From Saprospiraceae bacterium (lineage in GTDB: Bacteria > Bacteroidota > Bacteroidia > Chitinophagales > Saprospiraceae), in contig JALZVB010000122.1 of NCBI GenBank assembly GCA_023300835.1, positions 1-43,768 of the forward strand: 43,768 nt of DNA, given 5' to 3'. A program made the translations under genes and the position numbers. Below, one piece after another: positions 1 to 9,044 of this stretch. The stretch's first letter is position 1. Each line of letters opens with the position of its first letter. Below the pieces are notes generated by a model, which made no database searches, was not told the origin of the DNA, and saw nothing but the letters and a program-made list of their open reading frames with translations.

Positions 1-1146
1 TAATTCATCAAGTGTATATATAAGCGGCGGTGCCAGTCTAAACGAATTATTGTTAAATAAAAAATAATCAACCAGCGCACCCTGTTCATGTGCTTTATTC
101 ACAACATGTTTAAGATACTTTCTACGCTTAAGTTCTACGGCCATCATAAGCCCCGAGCTTCTGACCTCTTTGATAATAGGATGCTTGAGTTTATTGAGGA
201 TAAGTTTTTCTTTCTCTAATACCTGATGTACGATATCGCCTTGGGTCAATACTTCTAAGGTTGCGAGCGCTGCGGCACATACGACAGGGTGCCCACCGAA
301 GGTTGTTATATGTCCCAAGTCTGGGTTACGGGCAAATAGATTAATTAGGTCCCTGTTTCCCACAAGGCCACCGATAGGCATTCCACCTCCCATGGCTTTA
401 CCTATGCACAATAGATCAGGAACAACATCGTATTTCTGATGAGCAAACAAATGTCCCGTTCTGCCAAAACCTGTCTGTATCTCATCTAGTATCATCAATG
501 CACCGACCTCATCACAACGCTTTCTCACTTTAATGAGATAATCGTCTGTAGGGGGAATAATGCCTGCTTCCGCCTGCACAGGTTCTATAATAACAGCTGC
601 TGTACGGCAAGTTATTCTAGCTAAGTCTGCCTCATTATTGAATTCAATATGCCTTACTCCTGGTATCAATGGCATAAAGGCACGGCTGTAATCATGATCA
701 GATCGCAATGTTTCTGCACCTTGTGTACTGCCATGATAGGCATGTCGCCCGGAAATTAACTCATAACGACCTGTTGCTCGTTTGGCTAATTTCATAGCGA
801 CTTCTATGACTTCACTACCCGAACTGAGGTAGTAGATACAGTTGAGGCTAGGGTCTAACTGCTTACTGAGCAACTGGGCATAAGCAGTCTGAGGGGCTTG
901 TATATGCTCTCCATACACCATTGTATGCATATGTTTCCCTAGTTGTGTGACAATGGCTTCGACAACCTTGGGATGTCTGTGCCCTAGTGAACTTACAGAG
1001 ATGCCTGAGTTAAGATCATAGTATTGCTTTCCATTGGTATCGTAGATAAATATTCCTTCGGCGTAATCTATTTCTAGGGCCAGAGAATATGTGCTTGTCT
1101 GCGCGACGTGATTGAGGAAAATATCCCTTTTACTATAAGCGTCCAT
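1..1146 (-). CDS. Class-III PLP-dependent aminotransferase (acetylornithine/GABA aminotransferase-like); C-terminal end lies beyond the window
   Basis: Absent from the ORF track because no stop lies in the window. My minus-strand translation from ATG (1146-1144) stays open for all 382 codons to position 1: MDAYSKRDIFLNHVAQTS...GHRHPKVVEAI...ILDEIQTGFGRTGHLFA...CIGKAMGGGMPIGG. The DEIQTGFGRTG and GKAxGGG (PLP-lysine) motifs are typical of the family. Confidence 0.85.
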   Translation of the reverse strand, partial: MDAYSKRDIFLNHVAQTSTYSLALEIDYAEGIFIYDTNGKQYYDLNSGISVSSLGHRHPKVVEAIVTQLGKHMHTMVYGEHIQAPQTAYAQLLSKQLDPSLNCIYYLSSGSEVIEVAMKLAKRATGRYELISGRHAYHGSTQGAETLRSDHDYSRAFMPLIPGVRHIEFNNEADLARITCRTAAVIIEPVQAEAGIIPPTDDYLIKVRKRCDEVGALMILDEIQTGFGRTGHLFAHQKYDVVPDLLCIGKAMGGGMPIGGLVGNRDLINLFARNPDLGHITTFGGHPVVCAAALATLEVLTQGDIVHQVLEKEKLILNKLKHPIIKEVRSSGLMMAVELKRRKYLKHVVNKAHEQGALVDYFLFNNNSFRLAPPLIYTLDEL

Positions 1147-1260
1147 TGGCTATAAAGTATCTGTTATAATGTTGTTAAAATGTAAGGATAGCAAGATAAA
1201 TACCGTTGTTAAGGTGTATCGGACTATCATTTTGTTCATTTTTGTATGCAAAGCTAAAAA

Positions 1261-2427
1261 ATGCGGTTAACAGGACTTGTTTTACTTATTCTAATCACGT
1301 GTAATAGTTATGGTCAAGGGATTGAGTTTTTCCATGGCACATGGAAGGAGGCACTTGAAGAGGCCAAGAAAGAAGACAAGTTGATTTTTGTAGATACCTA
1401 TACAACATGGTGTGGCCCATGTAAACAGATGGCCGCTAAAGTGTTTACACAGAAAGCTGCTGGAGATTATTACAACGCTAACTTTATCAATATGAAGTTA
1501 GATATGGAAAAACCAGATGGCCGAGATTTTGAAGTGACCTATCCTGTAACGGCTTATCCTACTTTGATGTTTATAAACAGCAATGGGGACTTGGTAAAAA
1601 AATCTGTGGGAGGCAAAAAATTAGAAGACCTTATTGACTTAGGTAAAGCGGCTATATTAGGCTACGATAAATCAGGTGAATATGCTGAGTTATACGAAGG
1701 CGGAGACAGAAGTTATAAACTTATGCTTAACTATGTCACAGAACTCAATAAAGTATCAAAACCCAGTCTTAAGATATCTAACGACTACCTGACTTCTAAT
1801 CCAGACATATCGACAGCACAGAAAGCAAAGTTTTTATTATATGCCGTTGTAGATTCAGACTCTAAGTTATTCACGCAATTAATGGATAACAAGGAAGAAG
1901 CCATCGCTCAGAGTTCTGAAAAAATGTTCAGAGATAAAGTTTCTGAGGCGAGTCTGAAAACGGTAAGTAAAGCTGTAGAGTATGATTATGAAGACCTCTT
2001 AGAAGAAGCTATCTCTAACTATGAAAAAGCAGAGCTGGGTGATGATAAGAAATTCAGACAAGAAGCCACAATGTATTATTATCGACTTACTGGAGAGTAT
2101 GAAAAATGGGCGGACATGAGTAAGAAGTACTTGAAAAAGTATGGTAAAAAGAATCCAGAACTATACAAAGCTCAAGTAGATGTCATAAAACAAGAATTTG
2201 GTTACAAAAAAGAATCAAAAACTTACGCCTGCGAAATATGCAAAGAGATTGTAAAAAAAGATGATTCTGTAGGTAACTATTCTGAATATATCAAAACACT
2301 TATTGACTGTAAAAAGATAGATAAAGCAAGAGACGTTACTAAGGAGGCAATAAAAAAATCAAAGTCTCGAGAGGAAGATACCTCACAATATGAGAAAATC
2401 CTCAAGTACTTAGACACCATACAATAA
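1261..2427 (+). CDS. Secreted thioredoxin-fold protein (WCGPC active site) with long Lys/Glu-rich helical C-terminal extension
   Basis: 388-aa ORF with a signal peptide (MRLTGLVLLILITCNSYGQG). Thioredoxin segment FVDTYTTWCGPCKQM...NFINMKLDME...YPTLMFI. About 250 further residues are charged and helical, with no motif I recognise. Confidence 0.8.
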   Translation: MRLTGLVLLILITCNSYGQGIEFFHGTWKEALEEAKKEDKLIFVDTYTTWCGPCKQMAAKVFTQKAAGDYYNANFINMKLDMEKPDGRDFEVTYPVTAYPTLMFINSNGDLVKKSVGGKKLEDLIDLGKAAILGYDKSGEYAELYEGGDRSYKLMLNYVTELNKVSKPSLKISNDYLTSNPDISTAQKAKFLLYAVVDSDSKLFTQLMDNKEEAIAQSSEKMFRDKVSEASLKTVSKAVEYDYEDLLEEAISNYEKAELGDDKKFRQEATMYYYRLTGEYEKWADMSKKYLKKYGKKNPELYKAQVDVIKQEFGYKKESKTYACEICKEIVKKDDSVGNYSEYIKTLIDCKKIDKARDVTKEAIKKSKSREEDTSQYEKILKYLDTIQ

Positions 2428-2476
2428 ATTATAAATCCCACTCGAGCTCCCCATAGAGTATAATTGAAAACTGTAG

Positions 2477-3784
2477 ATGAAAATCTATTTAATCTGTGCC
2501 TTAGCTTCCATGTGGAGCATATCGCTTATCGGCCAAAGTGTACGATTTGTTGAAACCTCATTGAGCGCTGCTATTAACTTGGCTAAGCAAGCCAACAAAC
2601 CCATTTTTGTGGATACTTATAGTGAATACTGTAAGCCTTGTAAATTGATGGAGATCGAGTTTAGAAATCCAGAAGTTGCCAATTATTTTAATAAAAACTT
2701 TATTAATATAAGAGTGGATATGGAAGGGCAGAATGGTCCAGATTATGCACTGGCACATCAGATCGTTTTTCTCCCGACCTTACTTTTTCTCAGCCCAGAA
2801 GGAAATGAACGTCTCAAAATAGACCATATACTCAATGCTAAAGACCTCCTTAAATTTGGCAGGTTAATAAATGGCGAAACACCTCCAGTGGCTTCAGTAC
2901 CTGTCGCACGAGAAGTTGTTTCTGAACCTAAAATAGTACAACCTGCAAGCATAACAAAACCTAGTAAAACTAAGGAAGCTGCCCCAGTTTCTGCACAAGC
3001 TGATGTTACCGTGTCAAATGAAGATGATACAATATTACATGTCTTCAATGGAGACAAGGATGATCTACCTCCGCCGATACTTAAGGAAGAAGCTTACCTC
3101 AGAATGCAGTTTATGGATGGGAGTCACCATGCCGCAGCGGAGAAATATCTAAAGACACAATCTGATTGGAAAACAAAAGAGAATGTTGTTTTTATACATG
3201 ACTTTATTTCTAAAATGAATTCGCCAAAATTTGAATTCATGATTAATAACAGAACATTATTTGAGTCCGTTGTGGGCAAAGAAAATGTAGCCCAGACAAT
3301 ATCCATTCTCATCAACAAGGAACTAGAAAGAGGATACCCTCGACCTAATATAGACAGAGCAGAAAAACTATACACATATCTCAATCCCTCCACAGCCAAG
3401 CGTCAGGCAACAGCATATATGTTGGAGAGACTGTATGATGAAGGAAAAGACATTGAATTTATCAATCTAGGAGATAGTTATTTTAAATCAATTGACGATG
3501 TAACGAATCACCAATTAATAAACAAGTACGCCTCTAAAAAAGCACTCGCTGGAAAGAGCAAGAAAGCACTTAAGAAATGCGTAGCGTTAGTAGATAGAGC
3601 TATTGCTTTGTCAGACCAAGAACCCCTTTATTATATTACATTGGCAACAATAAGAATACGCCAAGAAAAAAGAAATGAAGCGCTTCTTAATCTTCAGAAA
3701 GCTGAAAAGCTAGCTGCTGCAAATGAACAATCAGATCTATTAGAAAAAATCAATAGCTTAAAACTTAATATCTCAAAAATGTAG
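2477..3784 (+). CDS. Secreted thioredoxin-fold protein (variant CKPC motif) with Pro/Ser/Ala linker and helical, TPR-like C-terminal half
   Basis: 435-aa ORF with a signal peptide. It is paralogous to the upstream gene (FVDTYSEYCKPCKLM...NFINIRVDME...LPTLLFL). Low-complexity linker TPPVASVPVAREVVSEPKIVQPASITKPSKTKEAAPVSAQ. The C-terminus resembles a TPR (YYITLATIRIRQEKRNEALLNLQKAEKLA). Confidence 0.7.
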   Translation: MKIYLICALASMWSISLIGQSVRFVETSLSAAINLAKQANKPIFVDTYSEYCKPCKLMEIEFRNPEVANYFNKNFINIRVDMEGQNGPDYALAHQIVFLPTLLFLSPEGNERLKIDHILNAKDLLKFGRLINGETPPVASVPVAREVVSEPKIVQPASITKPSKTKEAAPVSAQADVTVSNEDDTILHVFNGDKDDLPPPILKEEAYLRMQFMDGSHHAAAEKYLKTQSDWKTKENVVFIHDFISKMNSPKFEFMINNRTLFESVVGKENVAQTISILINKELERGYPRPNIDRAEKLYTYLNPSTAKRQATAYMLERLYDEGKDIEFINLGDSYFKSIDDVTNHQLINKYASKKALAGKSKKALKKCVALVDRAIALSDQEPLYYITLATIRIRQEKRNEALLNLQKAEKLAAANEQSDLLEKINSLKLNISKM

Positions 3785-4215
3785 ATTATGCTATCTTCTA
3801 CAGGTTCCCCCATATGAGATTAGCAAATACAGTATCTCAGGTTGCGTTGTGCCCACTTAGGCCTTGCAACTGAACTTCATCAAAAAAGAAACCCATATTT
3901 GAATCAGTCGCTCTAGTTTTACGCTTATACTATATGGCGAAATATAGTGTTTGTGATTAATACAAGAAATACTAATTTCTTAATCATGCGTTTAGTTCGT
4001 GTTCTATAATTAATGCTACAGTACTAGGTTTTTTCGATATGGTGCAGTTATACCAATTAGCCTTCAGAAAGCCGCACAAATTTTAATAGAATCTGCCTAT
4101 CTCTGTGTTAAAAATACTCGTCATGCTATGGCTGCGTTTTTCGCCTTAAGCTAAACAAATTCTTCTTAAAATCTTATACGACAACTTGAAAGCTAAATGG
4201 TATTACATATTGTTG

Positions 4216-4252
4216 TAAACAAAAAGAGGCTGTCGAATCAAATCGACAGCCT
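4216..4252 (-). terminator. Rho-independent terminator of the POT transporter operon
   Basis: Perfect 11-bp inverted repeat GAGGCTGTCGA (4225-4235) / TCGACAGCCTC (4242-4252) with a 6-nt loop. On the minus strand it is followed by TTTTTGTTT (4224-4216), 25 nt after the stop of the 4277..6022 gene. Confidence 0.75.
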
Positions 4253-4276
4253 CCTATATTAATAGTAATTTTTATT

Positions 4277-6022
4277 TTATCTAATACCGTGCATCAGTTT
4301 TTTCACCAGTGGATACATAACAGCAGAGAATACTGCAAACCCAATCGCAATGGCAGTCAATATCCAGAAGAAATAACTAAGGCCATGCTCTGCAGCAATT
4401 CCTTCAGACATCTCTCCAAATATACCTGCTAGTTTCATTCCTATCGCTACTGCGATATACCACATCGCAAACATGAATGCAATCATTCTACCTGGCACTA
4501 ACTTACTAACATAAGATAAGGCAACAGGAGAAACACATAATTCTCCTAGTGTATGAAAGAGATATACAAAAACTAACCAGAATACACTTACGCCAGCCGT
4601 CATACCTCCAGCACCTATACCTGCAGATCCTATGGCAACAACAGCCATACCTATTCCTAAGAATAACATACCGATGGCATATTTCATGTTTGCATTAGGG
4701 TTGTATTTACTTTCCCACCACTTAGAGAACAACGGTGCAAATGCGATAATGTACAATGAGTTTAATACACCAAACCAAGATGCAGGAACTTCAGTTGTAT
4801 CTTGATCAAATTGTGTCTTTAACATCCATAAAGCGATTCCCCAAATAATTACAAAAGAGGTAGCTAAAATAATATTTGACAAAGCAAATTTGGCAAAGGT
4901 CTTTTTAAATAAAGAGAACAATACATAAGTGATAATTCCTAATGGAATAATCGTCATCATTGAGTTGACTATCTTAAAGGTCAAAGCTGAATTTCCTTCT
5001 AGAATTCTATTCGTATGTTCCTTAGCAAATATTGTCAGTGACCCTGGTGCTTGTTCAAATAGTGCCCAGAAGAAAGTAGTAATAATTGCAAAGAAAATAA
5101 CCGCTAACATTCTGTCACGTGTCACACGATCGTATCGTGGGATCCTCATACCTAACAATAAAAAGAAACAACCTAGGGCTGTTAATATTAGAACATTAGG
5201 TCCAGAGACACCGCCTATTCCTAAGTTACCTGCGATGTCACTTGCGCCATTTGAGATCTTAGAAACAGGGTCATTAATGATCCATACTAAACCTAAAACA
5301 GCGGCTACTCCAGCCAATACTTTATCTAATGTTGTGAATGGGTTTCTCTTCGCTTCACCAGCTTCTAGTTCTTTATATGCTTCTTCTTTAGCTGGTTTCA
5401 TGCCGATGTTGCCAAAAATGTCTTGGGCAAACCAAAATTGTAATAGACCAAATAACATGAATATACCTGCAAGACCAAATCCTATTGACCAACCTACCGT
5501 TTCTCCAAGGTAACCACAAAGAAGAATTCCTAAAAAGGCTCCAGCATTAACCCCCATATAGAATATGGTATAGGCTCCATCTTTTTTCTCTGGATGGTTC
5601 TTATACATCTCAGATATGATAGAGGTCATATTGGGTTTAAAAAAACCACTCCCAAAGACCAGTGCCGTAAGTCCTGCATATATAAAGAATGGGGTTTCAA
5701 TGGCCATGCATCCATGACCGATAGTCATCAGCAATGCGCCTATGACAACTGCCACCCGATACCCAATAATTTTATCAGCAAAATAACCACCTAAGATTGT
5801 AGATAGATAAACTAATGAAGTATAGGTTCCAAAGATTGCATAAGCATGTTCCTTGGGCCAACCCCAGCCACCATCCATAAGAGATGCCGTGAAAAACATC
5901 ACGAGTAGTGCTCTCATCCCATAGTAAGAGAATCTCTCCCACATCTCAGTAAAGAACAATACAAACAACTGGGACGGATGCCCGAGTACTTCTGGTTTTA
6001 TTTCGACACTATGTGTTGCCAT
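4277..6022 (-). CDS. Proton-dependent oligopeptide transporter (POT/PTR2 family), long form
   Basis: 581-aa polytopic membrane ORF. The N-terminal PTR2 signature FFTEMWERFSYYGMRALLV and GGYFADKIIG are characteristic of DtpT-type di/tripeptide permeases. Confidence 0.9.
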   Translation of the reverse strand: MATHSVEIKPEVLGHPSQLFVLFFTEMWERFSYYGMRALLVMFFTASLMDGGWGWPKEHAYAIFGTYTSLVYLSTILGGYFADKIIGYRVAVVIGALLMTIGHGCMAIETPFFIYAGLTALVFGSGFFKPNMTSIISEMYKNHPEKKDGAYTIFYMGVNAGAFLGILLCGYLGETVGWSIGFGLAGIFMLFGLLQFWFAQDIFGNIGMKPAKEEAYKELEAGEAKRNPFTTLDKVLAGVAAVLGLVWIINDPVSKISNGASDIAGNLGIGGVSGPNVLILTALGCFFLLLGMRIPRYDRVTRDRMLAVIFFAIITTFFWALFEQAPGSLTIFAKEHTNRILEGNSALTFKIVNSMMTIIPLGIITYVLFSLFKKTFAKFALSNIILATSFVIIWGIALWMLKTQFDQDTTEVPASWFGVLNSLYIIAFAPLFSKWWESKYNPNANMKYAIGMLFLGIGMAVVAIGSAGIGAGGMTAGVSVFWLVFVYLFHTLGELCVSPVALSYVSKLVPGRMIAFMFAMWYIAVAIGMKLAGIFGEMSEGIAAEHGLSYFFWILTAIAIGFAVFSAVMYPLVKKLMHGIR

Positions 6023-6072
6023 TGTATATTATTTTATTAATTGATTTTTTTGATATTAATTATATAGCTGAG

Positions 6073-7422
6073 TTAATGACTGCCTTTTATAACTAAGTCT
6101 TCAGCACCATGGGTAAGTCTTTTGAGTGGCTTTAGTATAGCCAATACTATTAATCCAAAAACCACTGTAAATATAAAGACGCCTGTAAAGACAGCCTTTT
6201 CACCAGCTCCTTCTGCACTAGCCCCTACAATTCCAGCAATTTTATTCCCTACGCCAGTTGCTGCAAAATAAGCACCCATCATCAATGAAGCATATTTGAC
6301 AGGAGCTAGTTTAGTTATAAATGATAAAGCTACAGGCGATGCACATAATTCTCCAATTGTATGAAATAGGTAAGCTAACACTAACCAATACATAGCAGAA
6401 GAACCTGTAGACTCATATTGCTCTGCGGCAAATCTCATAAACAGAAAACCAAATCCCATTATGATTATACCTATTGCCATCTTAAAGAGTGAAGAGCCTT
6501 CTCTTCCTTTCATTTTCCAATTGTACCAGAAACCTGCAATAGCTGTACCTAGTGTTATAATAAAAAATGCATTGACAGATTGGAACCAAGAAGCTGGCAC
6601 CTCCCAACCCATAAACATTCTATCCGTTTTGGTATCTGCATATATATTCATAAGACCACCCGCTTGTTCGAATGCTCCCCAGAAAACTATGATAAGTAAA
6701 AATGAAAGAAACATGACTAACATTCTGTCCTTCTCAATTTTAGTAAGCGGTCGATTAGCATGTTCTTTATCAGGATTATCGTCTTTGCCTATAAAATCTC
6801 CGATACCTACAAGGTGCTTCTGACCCCATACAAATACTAACAAACCCAATAACATACCTATCCCTGCTAATCCAAATCCATAATGCCATCCGATTGTTTC
6901 CCCAACATAACCGACGATAAGACTAGATAAAAAAGCCCCTACATTGATGCCAATATAGAAAATTGTAAACCCCGCATCTCTACGTTCGTCACCTTGTTTA
7001 TACAGACCTCCTACCATAGTAGATATATTAGGCTTAAGTAGGCCTACTCCAGCTATAATAAGCCCTAGCCCTGTGTAAAAAGCCCAATCTTGTGTTATCG
7101 CTAATATACTATGTCCTAGGACCAGAATCAAGCCTCCTAGTAATACCGATTTCTTCTGGCCAAGTATTTTATCTGCAATGAGACCACCTGGGATAGACAT
7201 AATATATACCAGTGCCGTGTATGTACCATACAGGCTTAATGCCTCAGTTGTAGACCAGCCTAGCCCTGGATTAGAATCCATTGTTTTGGTCGTTATATAT
7301 AGAACTAGTATTGCTCGCATACCATAATAAGAGAACCTTTCCCACATTTCTGTAAAAAAGAGAACGTACAATCCAACAGGATGTCCGAATAATTGTGGTT
7401 GATCGTCTAGATTGTTAGCCAT
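6073..7422 (-). CDS. Proton-dependent oligopeptide transporter (POT/PTR2 family), short paralog
   Basis: 449-aa polytopic ORF with the same signature (FFTEMWERFSYYGMRAILV, GGLIADKILG). It sits 50 nt upstream of the longer paralog on the same strand. Confidence 0.9.
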   Translation of the reverse strand: MANNLDDQPQLFGHPVGLYVLFFTEMWERFSYYGMRAILVLYITTKTMDSNPGLGWSTTEALSLYGTYTALVYIMSIPGGLIADKILGQKKSVLLGGLILVLGHSILAITQDWAFYTGLGLIIAGVGLLKPNISTMVGGLYKQGDERRDAGFTIFYIGINVGAFLSSLIVGYVGETIGWHYGFGLAGIGMLLGLLVFVWGQKHLVGIGDFIGKDDNPDKEHANRPLTKIEKDRMLVMFLSFLLIIVFWGAFEQAGGLMNIYADTKTDRMFMGWEVPASWFQSVNAFFIITLGTAIAGFWYNWKMKGREGSSLFKMAIGIIIMGFGFLFMRFAAEQYESTGSSAMYWLVLAYLFHTIGELCASPVALSFITKLAPVKYASLMMGAYFAATGVGNKIAGIVGASAEGAGEKAVFTGVFIFTVVFGLIVLAILKPLKRLTHGAEDLVIKGSH

Positions 7423-7761
7423 AGTAAGGTTAGGATTTTGATTAGTTGGCCTAAATTAGATTTTTTAAAGGAAAATCGACAAGAACACCAAACATTATTA
7501 CTGAGTTGTCTGAGAGAATGCTGCATATAAATAGAATAACACAGTCCCAAGTTGAGATTGGGATAATAAATCTTCGAAAATTGTAACCCTTTGTTACTAC
7601 TGGTTAATTGTCAACTTGCGCAATACTGTGCTATTCTAATAGACTATGAGAACTTATTTTCACAATATAAAAATTATATCGCACTTGTAATGAGGTGTTT
7701 TTTGTATGGCAAATCGAGCACATGTGTGATATATAATTTGGTTGGACTTTTGTACGCTTGT

Positions 7762-7798
7762 AAACAAAAAATGCCCCAGATTTTATCAATCTGAGGCA
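7762..7798 (-). terminator. Rho-independent terminator downstream of the TlpA-like gene
   Basis: On the minus strand: TGCCTCAG-11 nt loop-CTGGGGCA (pairs 7772-7779 with 7791-7798, one mismatch), followed directly by TTTTTTGTTT (7771-7762). Confidence 0.55.
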
Positions 7799-7834
7799 GT
7801 ATGTATCTACTCAACGTCAATATGTTGCTATAAC

Positions 7835-8854
7835 TTAGAAATTAAGTGTTCCTTTCTCTAAGTCATTAATAGCCGTACCTAACATATTCACAGGTATTTT
7901 TTTCAATCTGATCGTCTTACTCTGATCTAGAATGTACACCAGTGGGGTAGCATTGGCATAATAATCATCATGGACTTTAGAGTTTCCTGATTTGTCTCCT
8001 AGGTTTATAAATTCTCCAAGACCTTTTGCTTTGACACCTTCTACACATTCTTGATAGAATTCGCCTACTTCAGAGCATATCGTCACTGTAGCTACATCTA
8101 GGTTTTTACTTTTAACCTCTGCTTGGAATTCTTTCAATCTTGGAATTTCTTTAGTACATTCTTCACAATCTGGTGACCAGAAGAAAAGCACCGTGTATTT
8201 GTTCTTAATATCTGATAAAGCTACTTGTCCACCACCAATCTTATCTAATCTGAATTCTTTGGCTGTGTTACCCATAACTAGAGGACGTAACTTTTCTACA
8301 TGGTCCTTAAGCTCTTTATATTTTGTCTCAGTAAACCATGGAATAATATATTCAGACGCATGCTTATCTGATAAATGAATCAGAATCTCATCGTCAGTAA
8401 TTATCTGAGGAATTTTATATCTATCGTGTAGATAGTTAAACAGAAAGATAGTCGTATGCTGTTGTCCAGGTGCAATACTCATAAGGTAATCAATACCCTT
8501 AATAGCATCTTTGGATGATCTAGAAATAAAATTATTAAAATAGTAATCTAAATCCTTTTTTAATACATCAGAAGCCAATACCGCTGGATCTGTCATATCA
8601 TATTTGTTGAAATAATTCCACCAAACCGTTTTTGTAGTCTGTTGCGTCGCAGCTGTTGGTGCAGGATTCTGAGCTGGTTGTGTCACAGGCTGCTGCGTTG
8701 CAGGTTGTGGCGTTGCAGGTTGACTGGCTTTCTGGCCACAAGAAGCAAATGAAATTAATATCAATAAAACCATCAATGGATTAGGCTTAGCGGCAATCGA
8801 TAAGCATATATTGTTTAAATGTATCTTGGATTTAACCATAGTTAATTTATTCAA
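7835..8854 (-). CDS. TlpA/AhpC-TSA-like thiol-disulfide oxidoreductase lipoprotein with N-terminal helical domain
   Basis: 339-aa ORF with lipobox LISFASCGQ and a Gln/Pro/Thr/Ala linker. The C-terminal thioredoxin fold has FFWSPDCEECTKEIPRL (CxxC). The start may be one of the internal Met codons (M6 or M28). Confidence 0.75.
   Translation of the reverse strand: MNKLTMVKSKIHLNNICLSIAAKPNPLMVLLILISFASCGQKASQPATPQPATQQPVTQPAQNPAPTAATQQTTKTVWWNYFNKYDMTDPAVLASDVLKKDLDYYFNNFISRSSKDAIKGIDYLMSIAPGQQHTTIFLFNYLHDRYKIPQIITDDEILIHLSDKHASEYIIPWFTETKYKELKDHVEKLRPLVMGNTAKEFRLDKIGGGQVALSDIKNKYTVLFFWSPDCEECTKEIPRLKEFQAEVKSKNLDVATVTICSEVGEFYQECVEGVKAKGLGEFINLGDKSGNSKVHDDYYANATPLVYILDQSKTIRLKKIPVNMLGTAINDLEKGTLNF
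8695..8724. repeat. Tandem 15-bp repeat inside the TlpA-like gene linker
   Basis: GCGTTGCAGGTTGTG (8695-8709) is directly followed by GCGTTGCAGGTTGAC (8710-8724), 13/15 identical. More degenerate copies extend back to about 8646. The repeat encodes the PATPQ/PATQQ/PVTQ linker. Confidence 0.6.
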
Positions 8855-8882
8855 GTTAAAAATAGAATAAGTATAATAGCTG

Positions 8883-8890
8883 CAAAAATA
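8883..8890 (-). promoter_or_regulatory. Candidate Bacteroidota -7 box (TATTTTTG) for the TlpA-like gene
   Basis: The minus strand reads TATTTTTG, matching TAnnTTTG, 29 nt upstream of the ATG at 8854. A TTTA lies 20 nt further upstream. This is a motif match only. Confidence 0.3.
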
Positions 8891-9044
8891 TTACAAATAT
8901 TTTACATATGTAAATCGCTTGTTTCTTATGAGCAAAATTTATAAAATAGAAAAACATAGACGACTGCTAGTCATATATGGACAATTAGTCTATTATCTTA
9001 CCCCTATGAGAAATTGTCCTTTAATTGTAATAAAATTACTAGCT

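Noticed and set aside
4106-4144. Sequence resemblance between 4106-4144 (GTTAAAAATACTCGTCATGCTATGGCTGCGTTTTTCGCC) and 42512-42557 (GTTAAAAACTCTTGTGATAGCTAGGCTATCTTTATGTTTTTCGAC), both near peptide-utilisation genes
   Set aside because: Identity is only about 70% and needs several gaps over ~40 nt of AT-rich DNA. The two copies sit in non-equivalent contexts: one is 3' of the POT operon, the other is in a promoter region. I cannot assess significance without a genome-wide motif search.
4929-5513. Antisense or shadow ORFs inside real genes, e.g. 4929..5513, 5594..5794, 6461..6823, 2558..3399 (three ORFs), 20595..21091, 22237..22551, 24035..24338, 26969..27334, 31076..32023 and 39808..40356
   Set aside because: Each lies wholly within a longer ORF on the opposite strand (or in another frame) that has strong family motifs. 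Their translations are low-complexity with no motifs.
7591-7794. The 67-aa TTG-start ORF in the POT/TlpA intergenic region
   Set aside because: It has no ATG and no recognisable motif. It overlaps the predicted minus-strand terminator (7762-7798) and is composed of Leu/Tyr/Cys-rich AT-driven codons.
8919-9044. The 42-codon N-terminal extension of the A2M ORF from TTG 8919
   Set aside because: The extension (MFLMSKIYKIEKHRRLLVIYGQ...) precedes a perfect lipoprotein signal peptide starting at ATG 9045. A signal peptide must be N-terminal, so the extension is most likely untranslated.
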